Shown here in pieces: positions 17,278 through 25,310 of a DNA stretch of 64,000 nucleotides (its first letter is position 1; each line of letters opens with the position of its first letter). The DNA is taken from the NCBI GenBank assembly GCA_043822925.1, contig JBDRBF010000041.1, positions 4,957 through 68,956 of the forward strand. The letters are read 5' to 3'. A program made the translations under genes and the position numbers. The notes under the pieces were generated by a model that saw only the letters and a list, made by a program, of their open reading frames with translations, did not search any database and was not told where the DNA came from. This DNA is from a bacterium. Its GTDB lineage: Bacteria > Babelota > Babeliae > Babelales > RVW-14.

Positions 17278-18969
17278 ATGACCAGAAATCTTTGTCATCA
17301 TTTTTACAAAATTCAAATCTTTTTATTCTTATCTCTTTTCTCTTCACCAGTAATCGCAAACATCTCTTTTCATAGCAAAAGTTCTGCCTGGATTGTAAGC
17401 GAGGGAGAAATTATTGTATCAGATACAACTCATCTTTATGGATGGAAAGATGCATCGGTAATAAAAGATAATGCTTATACCGGGAACAATTGGACTGGAT
17501 ACCCATCATCCCCCTGGAACTATGCAAATTTACCAAGTTTAGACGTCATAAACAATAGTAATGCCATAAATTACTATGCACCAACTATTAGAAATAACTC
17601 CCGCTTATTAAGCCAGACAAGCAACGCACTTATAACAGATATTGGCAACTTGCGAACAACAAGTAATGCCCTCCTATATGGACTAAGAATTAATAGTAAT
17701 GCTATCGTAACAAACGCTATTAATATCAAAACAAACAGTAACAGCATCGTAAAAAACAACATAGATATAAAATCGAACAGCAATGCCATTATTTCTCTGG
17801 CTGCATCTGGCATGGGAGTTCTCGCAACCCAAAATAGCAACGCCATAAATTACTACGCACCAATAATTAGAAACGATTCAAGATTATTAAAACAAACAAG
17901 TGATGCGTTTATATATAATCTTAACACAAGCGGCGCCGAGGGAATTAAAAACAATAGCAATGCAATAATAGTATTAGACAAGCTCACTAAACAAAACAGC
18001 AATGCTATAGTAAGTGGTGGCGGAGGAAGTGAAATAAACTATGAAGGCAACCTCACTATTGCTGGCCCAACCTATACATTGGCCCATAACCGATTTGCCA
18101 ACCCAGTTTCTTCAAATATTTACTTCACTGGAAATACAACTTTTAATGGCAATAATAATTATATACAATTCAGCGATAGTCCTAGCTCTATTCACGTATC
18201 TCCTGGTGTAACTGTTATTTTCTCAAATACCATATTTAAAGATCTTACTGATACAGTATTTAACTTAAGTGCCGGAGCTCAAGTAATATTTGATACAGGA
18301 ACCGTTATTGAAATAATGCGACCAACAACATTAAATCAAAACTGGATTTTCACAGGAGATTCTCTTATTTATGGTTACAATAATACACTCGATCTAGCAA
18401 ATTCTAACATTCAAATATCAAGCAATAGCACATTAACAATACACAGCCTAAATATAACTGGCCTCAAAAATAATAACTTATCGGCTACCAGCTCAAACGA
18501 CCGAATTACGCTACAAAATGCTGCACTTATACTCTCAAACAACTTTAGCTATAGCACCGGCGCATTAAGATTCGAAAACGATGTTTTAATTACCGGTACA
18601 AATACATTTACCTACGCAACAGATCAAATATCAACTATAGCATCGCAATCACACGTAATTCTGGATACCGGAGTAACGTTTGAATATAACGCCCCTATCG
18701 CAAATAGAGACCTACTGACCATGACAGATCAAACATCACGCTTAATCTTAAACGGCTGCACCCTATCTTCAACGACAACAGGCCTGCGTTTAACCAAAGG
18801 AACATTAGTTATTGAACACAAAAACAACCTATACAACACAGGCGCAACATCTTTATCAGAAGCTATTAACTTAGGTAACGGCACTCCAAATGGCGAACTG
18901 ACGATTGAAATAAAACCAGGAGCATCAATAGATCTTAAATCGGGAATCTTAAATTATGAAAATGTATAA
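17278..18969 (+). CDS. Exported repeat protein, type A1 (NSNAI heptad/14-mer repeat head plus a divergent copy of the shared C-terminal module)
   Basis: AAGGAG RBS and signal peptide ...FSSPVIA|N. More than 10 NSNAI/TSNAL repeats. The C-terminal part is alignable with the other three paralogs (FENDVLITGTNTFTY..., TGLRLTKGTLVIE). Confidence 0.85.
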   Translation: MTRNLCHHFYKIQIFLFLSLFSSPVIANISFHSKSSAWIVSEGEIIVSDTTHLYGWKDASVIKDNAYTGNNWTGYPSSPWNYANLPSLDVINNSNAINYYAPTIRNNSRLLSQTSNALITDIGNLRTTSNALLYGLRINSNAIVTNAINIKTNSNSIVKNNIDIKSNSNAIISLAASGMGVLATQNSNAINYYAPIIRNDSRLLKQTSDAFIYNLNTSGAEGIKNNSNAIIVLDKLTKQNSNAIVSGGGGSEINYEGNLTIAGPTYTLAHNRFANPVSSNIYFTGNTTFNGNNNYIQFSDSPSSIHVSPGVTVIFSNTIFKDLTDTVFNLSAGAQVIFDTGTVIEIMRPTTLNQNWIFTGDSLIYGYNNTLDLANSNIQISSNSTLTIHSLNITGLKNNNLSATSSNDRITLQNAALILSNNFSYSTGALRFENDVLITGTNTFTYATDQISTIASQSHVILDTGVTFEYNAPIANRDLLTMTDQTSRLILNGCTLSSTTTGLRLTKGTLVIEHKNNLYNTGATSLSEAINLGNGTPNGELTIEIKPGASIDLKSGILNYENV

Positions 18970-19067
18970 AAAATAAAAAAAACCTGGCTCCTGGATCCCT
19001 ACTACACCCAGGTGGCTTGGAAGGCCAGACGAGTCCTGGATAACAAGTAAAAAAGAAAGAGAGAGTT

Positions 19068-21068
19068 ATGAAGAAAAATATGAGACTATTTTTATACCTG
19101 TTTTTTGCACTATTCTTTATGCAGCAAAAAACTCATGCCTCGTTCTTTAATCCATCCCCATACACTCTAGATTACGGAACAACAGCGTCAACCGCTCGCT
19201 GGAATGCAAATGGCACATATCTAGCCGTCGGAGGAACTAACTTTCCAACCGATCTCACTATATACGGTTTTGATGGCACATACGTAACACCAAAAGCAAC
19301 AGAATCTTTTGGCAACGGAGCCTTTGCTGTCGATTGGTCACCAAACGGACAATATCTGGCCATTGGTGGAGACTACTCGACCAATGCTCTTATTATTTAT
19401 AAATGGGACGGAGTAGATACAACACTTAGCACATCAAAATATCACGGCTCATATGTAACTGCTGTCGCATGGAACCCCGCTGGAAACGCTCTTGCCGTTG
19501 GTGGCAACTGGAACAACAACAATCTTGCACTTTATAATTGGGATGGATATAACACGCTCTCGCTCACCACATCAAAATATTATGGCACACAGGTTAACGG
19601 CCTCGCTTGGAATCCAGCAGGAACTAAGCTAGCTGTTGCCGGTCAAAATCGTTACTGTGGACTAAGCCTCTACGACTGGAATGGCTCAACCCTTACGCTC
19701 ACCACATCAAAATATCACGGAATTTCCGCAAATGCTCTTGCCTGGACAAGTACCGGAACGTATCTCGCTGTTGGTGGAAACTATAATACAAACAATGTTA
19801 TTATCTATACTTTAAGCGGACCCTCATCACTCACACTCACAACATCGATTTCTTTTGGAACAAATGCTAACACGCTTTCTTGGAGTTATGATGACCGCTA
19901 TTTAACCGTCGGTGGAGACAATAGCTCTGCTGATTTGACAACCTACGAATGGAACGGCTCAACACTCACACCAATACCAAATTCACAAGCAAGTTACGGC
20001 AACGGAGTCTATGGTGCCAGCTGGAGCCCCTACTCAGATTATCTGGCTGTCGCTGGAAATAACAGCTCAAACGACTTCACACTCTATACAAGCAATGGTT
20101 ATTTAAATGGCACAAAAAATAACGTAACCCTCTCAAATCATTACTTATTTACAGATGGCGGCTATGCAAACGGTCTTGTTAATTTTACTAATGGTTGCAC
20201 CGTACTTCCTGGCAAAAAACTTAAACTTGCACTACTTACACCATTTTCCGGTGGTCTAGATTTACGAGACACAGCAACCTTACAACTTGAAGACGATTTA
20301 TATTTAGACGCAGACGTCACCCTCACAACTGGCGGCTATATTTATGGGCAAGGACATGCAATCTATTTAGAAAATGATTTAACAATTCCAGATAACACCA
20401 TCATGCACATCAGTAATGATACTATAATTGATGGAAATGGGCATAAACTTAACTTAGGACACGAAAGTCAATTATTTATAGATTGGGGAGTAACGCTCAC
20501 ACTTAGAAATATGACATTCAAAAACACCGTTAACAATCAAGATACTCCACCAGTAAGACTTAATGGAAAAACAAGCAAACTTGCTTTGGATAACATTCAT
20601 CTTGAATTATCCAGTGACTTCTCATTTACCTACGGCCAACTCTTTATTCATAACGATGTTTTAGTTACCGGCACTTCAAAGTTCAATTATCTCTCATCAC
20701 ATCAAAGCTACATAGATACATGCAGTACTCTTTACTTTGACCTTGGCACTACCTTTTCTTTTGCCCCATATTTATCGACTAATAAAGATCTTATTTACAT
20801 GAAAGATGCATCAGCGACACTATATCTTAATGGTACCACGCTTGCAATAACACACACTGGATTACGTCTAACCAGAGGCCGTTTATTAATAGATAATACA
20901 GTAACGTTCACCAGTCAATATTATGAAGGAAGTCACAAACAAGCACCAAGCAACGGGCTTATTTTTGGCAACGCTATATTTAGCGACTCTATATACGATC
21001 TAGATGTGCACCTTTTGGGTGGAGCAAATATTGGCCAATACACGTTAGTAAAAGTTGACGAAATATAA
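19068..21068 (+). CDS. Exported repeat protein, type B1 (7-bladed WD40-like beta-propeller plus shared C-terminal module)
   Basis: Signal peptide ...QQKTHA|S. Seven ~45-aa repeats of the form AWNPAGxxLAVGG...Y.W.G..LTLTTSKYHG. The C-module includes IIDGNGHKLNLG and LFIHNDVLVTGTSKFNY...NKDLIYMKD...LAITHTGLRLTRG. Confidence 0.85.
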   Translation: MKKNMRLFLYLFFALFFMQQKTHASFFNPSPYTLDYGTTASTARWNANGTYLAVGGTNFPTDLTIYGFDGTYVTPKATESFGNGAFAVDWSPNGQYLAIGGDYSTNALIIYKWDGVDTTLSTSKYHGSYVTAVAWNPAGNALAVGGNWNNNNLALYNWDGYNTLSLTTSKYYGTQVNGLAWNPAGTKLAVAGQNRYCGLSLYDWNGSTLTLTTSKYHGISANALAWTSTGTYLAVGGNYNTNNVIIYTLSGPSSLTLTTSISFGTNANTLSWSYDDRYLTVGGDNSSADLTTYEWNGSTLTPIPNSQASYGNGVYGASWSPYSDYLAVAGNNSSNDFTLYTSNGYLNGTKNNVTLSNHYLFTDGGYANGLVNFTNGCTVLPGKKLKLALLTPFSGGLDLRDTATLQLEDDLYLDADVTLTTGGYIYGQGHAIYLENDLTIPDNTIMHISNDTIIDGNGHKLNLGHESQLFIDWGVTLTLRNMTFKNTVNNQDTPPVRLNGKTSKLALDNIHLELSSDFSFTYGQLFIHNDVLVTGTSKFNYLSSHQSYIDTCSTLYFDLGTTFSFAPYLSTNKDLIYMKDASATLYLNGTTLAITHTGLRLTRGRLLIDNTVTFTSQYYEGSHKQAPSNGLIFGNAIFSDSIYDLDVHLLGGANIGQYTLVKVDEI

Positions 21069-21147
21069 AAAATCTATGCACAAAGTTAAAAATAAAACCT
21101 TAAAGTTAACTTTAACCGGCACCTGAAAATAAAGGGAGAAGAGTAAA

Positions 21148-23058
21148 ATGGCCAGAAATATTAATAGCCGTTTTTATAGCACTCGAATTTTATTATTTCT
21201 ATTTCTTTTTTTCTCAACAATAAATGCAAAAATAACTTTTCAGAACAAAAATTCAGATTGGGTTATATGCGAAAACAATACGCTTTATTTAAACACAGCA
21301 AACACCTATGGATGGCAAGCGTCATCAATTACAAAAAACAATGGGTACACAGGCGCAGCTAATACATGGACCGGATACCCAGCAGCACCATGGACCGCCA
21401 CAAACATACCAAGCTTAGATGTCATCAATAATAGTAACGCTATCAATTACAATACCCCCATTATCAGAACAAATAGCAACGCCATAAACTATTACGCCCC
21501 AATAATACGTAACAACTCATATCTTCTAAATCAAACAAGTAACGCTCTGGTCAAAAACACTCTTAATATCAGAACAAATAGTAACGCTCTGGTTAAAAAC
21601 ACTCTTGATATTAGAACCAACAGTAACGCAATACTCTACGGCGACAGAACAAATAGCAACGCCATAAACTATTACACCCCAATAATACGTAACAACTCAT
21701 ATCTTCTGAACCAAACAAGTAACGCTCTGGTCAAAAACACTATCGATACCAGAACAAATAGTAACGCTCTGGTTAAAAACACTCTTGATATCAGAACAAA
21801 TAGTAACGCTCTGGTTAAAAACACTCTTGATATTAGAACCAACAGTAACGCTCTGACGTACAATACCGATAACATCAAAAATAATAGTAATACTATCGTA
21901 GCGACTAATAGACTCACCAAACAAAATAGCAGCGCCATTATTAAAAATACGGCTGATATTTCTGCCATACCGAGCAATACAGTCGTCGTCGGGACAAGTA
22001 ACGCGATGGTTTATTATGCGCCTATGATCAGAAACAACTCATATCTTCTGAACCAAACAAGTAACGCTCTGGTCAAAAACACTCTTAATATCAGAACCAA
22101 CAGTAACGCAATACTCTACGGCGACAAAACAAATAGCAACGCCATAAACTATTACGCACCAATAATACGCAATAACTCATATCTCTTAAAACAAACGAGT
22201 AACTCCATAGCCAACCCACTTATAAAAACAAGCAACCATCTAAGTACAGGAGCCCTCATCCTAACCAGCGATTTACTGCTCACGGCAAACTGCACCGTAG
22301 ATCCCACCTCTTGCAACATCTATGGCAATGGCCACACGATTTACTTAGGCGGAGATTTAGTCCTTCCCGACGATTATATAATGCTAATTGGCAGCGACAC
22401 CATTATCGATGGTAATGGACATTCATTAATCTTAGGGAAAAGAAGTGAAATCGCTCCTGAATATACCCTCACTCTTACACTCAGGAATCTCACGCTCAAA
22501 AATATACTTAACCCACTACCTGACGCGACTCCTATTTATTTCGACGCTTCCAATTGCAACCTCGCGCTTGATAACGTCACTATGGCGCTAACCGATGACT
22601 TCCCTTTTGACAATTACAATAATGGCGCAAAACTATTCATTCACAATGACGTCATTTTCACCGGAACATCTAAGTTTATCTACCAATCCGATAAACCAGC
22701 ATACATAGATGGCAAAAGTACTTTCTATTTTGATAACAACACTACATTTTCTTTTGCTCCTCTCTCGACCAATAAAGATCTTATTTACATGAAAGATAAA
22801 ACATCAACGCTCTATCTTAATAACGCCACACTTGCAATAACACACACCGGGCTGAGACTAACCAAAGGCAACCTGTTACTGGAAAACAATGTAACTTTTA
22901 CCAGCCAACGCTACGAAGGATCCCATAAACAAGCGCTCTCAAATTCATTTGTTTTTGGTAACGCAACATTAGGTGAAAATTACGACTTAAACGTACAAAT
23001 ATTAAACAACGCGAAACTTAATGTAAAAGGCATGATTAAGAATAATAACATTAACTAG
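21148..23058 (+). CDS. Exported repeat protein, type A2 (expanded 14-residue repeat head plus shared C-terminal module)
   Basis: AGGGAG RBS and signal peptide ...FSTINA|K. Arrays of TNSNALVKNTLDIR repeats. The C-module is nearly identical in patches to B1 and B2 (IIDGNGHSLILG, LFIHNDVIFTGTSKFIY, NKDLIYMKD, LAITHTGLRLTKG). Confidence 0.85.
   Translation: MARNINSRFYSTRILLFLFLFFSTINAKITFQNKNSDWVICENNTLYLNTANTYGWQASSITKNNGYTGAANTWTGYPAAPWTATNIPSLDVINNSNAINYNTPIIRTNSNAINYYAPIIRNNSYLLNQTSNALVKNTLNIRTNSNALVKNTLDIRTNSNAILYGDRTNSNAINYYTPIIRNNSYLLNQTSNALVKNTIDTRTNSNALVKNTLDIRTNSNALVKNTLDIRTNSNALTYNTDNIKNNSNTIVATNRLTKQNSSAIIKNTADISAIPSNTVVVGTSNAMVYYAPMIRNNSYLLNQTSNALVKNTLNIRTNSNAILYGDKTNSNAINYYAPIIRNNSYLLKQTSNSIANPLIKTSNHLSTGALILTSDLLLTANCTVDPTSCNIYGNGHTIYLGGDLVLPDDYIMLIGSDTIIDGNGHSLILGKRSEIAPEYTLTLTLRNLTLKNILNPLPDATPIYFDASNCNLALDNVTMALTDDFPFDNYNNGAKLFIHNDVIFTGTSKFIYQSDKPAYIDGKSTFYFDNNTTFSFAPLSTNKDLIYMKDKTSTLYLNNATLAITHTGLRLTKGNLLLENNVTFTSQRYEGSHKQALSNSFVFGNATLGENYDLNVQILNNAKLNVKGMIKNNNIN
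21409..22228 (+). repeat. In-frame coding repeat array (7/14-codon periodicity with runs of near-identical 42-nt units)
   Basis: Near-identical units such as agaacaaatagtaacgctctggttaaaaacactcttgatatc recur in tandem at ~21535-21640 and ~21715-21850. A larger block (NSNAINYYAPIIRNNSYLLNQTSNALVKNTLNIRTNSNAILYGD) recurs at ~21478 and ~22010. Confidence 0.85.
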
Positions 23059-23062
23059 AAAA

Positions 23063-23080
23063 CCGGGGTTAAAACCCCGG
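23063..23080 (+). repeat. GGGGTT..AACCCC palindromic hairpin just after the A2 stop codon
   Basis: ccgggg-ttaaaa-ccccgg. It has the same core as the hairpins at 395-412 and 23208-23225. Confidence 0.6.
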
Positions 23081-23181
23081 CCTAACAAGAGCTTCGTGCT
23101 ACCGCACGAGAAAGCTTCGATGAACATGAAAACCGATAAATGTAAAATTCCTAAACCCTTACAATTAAAGGCGAGATCATC

Positions 23182-25263
23182 ATGCAGAGCCTGAAATTTG
23201 CAATAGCCTGGGGTTTTAACCCCAGACTGAAAAAAAAACTATTACTTCTGTTCCTGTTTTTTACTCTATTTTTTATAACACAAAAAATAGAAGCTTCTTT
23301 CTTTGATCCTTCTCCATTCACTCAAGATTATGGAGATGGCATTTTGCACGCCTACGCGACCCAATGGAACCCAGCCGGAACACACCTGGCCGTTGGTGGC
23401 ATAAATTATCCAAACGATGTAACGATATACGAATGGGATGGCCAGTATCTCGAGACAACAAATAGTATCAATTTTGGCGCAGGCGCTTTTGCACTGAGCT
23501 GGTCACCAAACGGGCAATATTTAGCCGTTGGCGGCGACCATAATTACAATTCACTTATTATTTATAAATGGGACGGCGTATCGCTCACGCTTACGACATC
23601 AAAATATCACGGCACACAAGTTAACGCTGTATCCTGGAACCCGGCTGGCGACACGCTCGCAGTCGGCGGCGTGTGGGGCAATAACCCGCTTGTTATGTAT
23701 AGTTGGGATGGCTTAAATTCGCTCACGCTCACGACGTCAAAATATCACGGCACGCAAGTTAATACGCTTGCCTGGCACCCAGACGGAACTAAACTGGCCG
23801 TGGGGGGAATTTATGGAACCCGCGACGTCATACTCTATGGCTGGAGCAACCCAACACTGACGCCTATAACATCTCTTGACCATGGGTCTGAAACCAACGC
23901 ACTTGACTGGAGCTCAACGGGTTCTTTTTTGGCTGTCGGCGGCGCCAACACGCCAAACGACATTGGGATCTATATGCTCAGCGGCTCTACGTTAATACAA
24001 AAAACAACTGCAACTTTCGGAACAAAAGCAAAAACACTCGCTTTTAGTTTTGACGACACGATACTTGCTGTCGGCGGCATTAATCCCGGCTCTGATTTGT
24101 TAGTATATCAAACATCTATCGTTTCTGCTTACCCAGGCTTCGCGTACCTCAACCCAGTGAGCAGTTCACAAACAAGTTATGGCAACGGTGTTTATAGTGT
24201 TGCCTGGACCCCATACTCAGATTATCTGGCTGTCGCTGGCGATAATGGCTCAAGCGATTTAACCATCTACAAAAATCACAACTACTTAAATGGCACTAAA
24301 AATAATATTACCCTCACAGACAAGTACGTATTTAGTGGTGATGGCGTCGGCTTTGTAATCGGTTCTGTTACATTCAAAAACGGCTGCGACATGGGAAACA
24401 CCTGGATAACAATGGCCCTTACCGAACCATTTTCTGGAGAACTTGCAAATGCTAGTGAGCTCATACTAGAAAACGATTTATATCTCAATTCAAACACTAC
24501 CATAGCCTCAGTAGAACTCGGGTTTTACGGTAACGGCCACACAATTCATTTGGGCGGAGATTTAATCATCCCGGATGCTTCAACATTCTACATCGATAAC
24601 GACACAGCCATTGACGGGAATGGACACTCGTTAATTTTGGGCAACCAGAGTAACCTTAATGTAGGCAACACGGTCACGCTCACACTCAGAAATCTAACAC
24701 TCAAAAACACGGTTAACACACAAGCTCTTCCCCCTATCGTTGCGTCTTCAAGTACCGCCAAAATCGCCCTCGATAACGTCAAGCTCGCGCTTACCGATGA
24801 TTTCTATTTCCCCACCGGCCAGCTCTTTATCCACAATGACGTTATGTTTACCGGAACATCGAAGTTTATCTACAAATCACCATATCAAAGCTATATTACC
24901 AAAAATGCAACGCTCTACTTCGGCCCACACACAATATTTAAGTACAATCCAAACTCAACAAATAATAATTTAATTGCTATGCAAGATGCTTCGTCAAGCC
25001 TGTATCTAGACGGCTGCACGCTACAACTTACACACACAGGGCTGCGCTTATCAAAAGGACAAATATACCTGGAAAATAGTGTCACATTCACCAGCCCATA
25101 TTCAGAAATAAACCCATCTGATGCATCAACAAGTTATCAGTCAGCATCTACTGGCTTAATTTTAGGCAATTCTATATTGGGACCAGATTATAACTTAAAT
25201 ATAGATGTTTTGGGTGGAGCGAATATTAATCAGCATTGTTTTGTAACATTTGATGAGGCATAG
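23182..25263 (+). CDS. Exported repeat protein, type B2 (7-bladed WD40-like beta-propeller plus shared C-terminal module)
   Basis: Signal peptide ...ITQKIEA|S and seven propeller repeats. The C-module includes AIDGNGHSLILG, LFIHNDVMFTGTSKFIY and LQLTHTGLRLSKG. The ATG at 23182 has an aaggcgag RBS. The 15-aa N-terminal extension relative to B1 contains a palindromic element, so the start is somewhat uncertain. Confidence 0.8.
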   Translation: MQSLKFAIAWGFNPRLKKKLLLLFLFFTLFFITQKIEASFFDPSPFTQDYGDGILHAYATQWNPAGTHLAVGGINYPNDVTIYEWDGQYLETTNSINFGAGAFALSWSPNGQYLAVGGDHNYNSLIIYKWDGVSLTLTTSKYHGTQVNAVSWNPAGDTLAVGGVWGNNPLVMYSWDGLNSLTLTTSKYHGTQVNTLAWHPDGTKLAVGGIYGTRDVILYGWSNPTLTPITSLDHGSETNALDWSSTGSFLAVGGANTPNDIGIYMLSGSTLIQKTTATFGTKAKTLAFSFDDTILAVGGINPGSDLLVYQTSIVSAYPGFAYLNPVSSSQTSYGNGVYSVAWTPYSDYLAVAGDNGSSDLTIYKNHNYLNGTKNNITLTDKYVFSGDGVGFVIGSVTFKNGCDMGNTWITMALTEPFSGELANASELILENDLYLNSNTTIASVELGFYGNGHTIHLGGDLIIPDASTFYIDNDTAIDGNGHSLILGNQSNLNVGNTVTLTLRNLTLKNTVNTQALPPIVASSSTAKIALDNVKLALTDDFYFPTGQLFIHNDVMFTGTSKFIYKSPYQSYITKNATLYFGPHTIFKYNPNSTNNNLIAMQDASSSLYLDGCTLQLTHTGLRLSKGQIYLENSVTFTSPYSEINPSDASTSYQSASTGLILGNSILGPDYNLNIDVLGGANINQHCFVTFDEA
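23208..23225 (+). repeat. GGGGTT..AACCCC palindromic hairpin inside the 5' end of the B2 ORF
   Basis: ctgggg-ttttaa-ccccag, read directly. Confidence 0.6.
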
Positions 25264-25310
25264 GGAAAATAGAACAAATGACAAATCAAGAACAGAACAA
25301 CATTCGATAA

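Noticed and set aside
21672-21977. ORFs of 101 and 75 aa antisense to the A2 repeat array, with their own repetitive translation (LTRALLFVLIS...).
   Set aside because: They are a mirror image of the sense-strand coding repeats. The periodicity is inherited rather than independent evidence of coding.
21409-22228. The regular ~42-nt repeats could be mistaken for a CRISPR array.
   Set aside because: The units are contiguous with no unique spacers. They are in frame within a long ORF with a signal peptide, and they encode a coherent 14-residue protein repeat. No cas genes or leader are present.
23230-23238. An A9 homopolymer in the first codons of B2 as a slipped-strand phase-variation switch.
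   Set aside because: Homopolymer runs of 8-10 A/T are frequent in this AT-rich sequence, including inside essential or conserved genes (for example T9 at ~776-785 in a secretin and A9 at the gyrB start). The tract alone is therefore not evidence.
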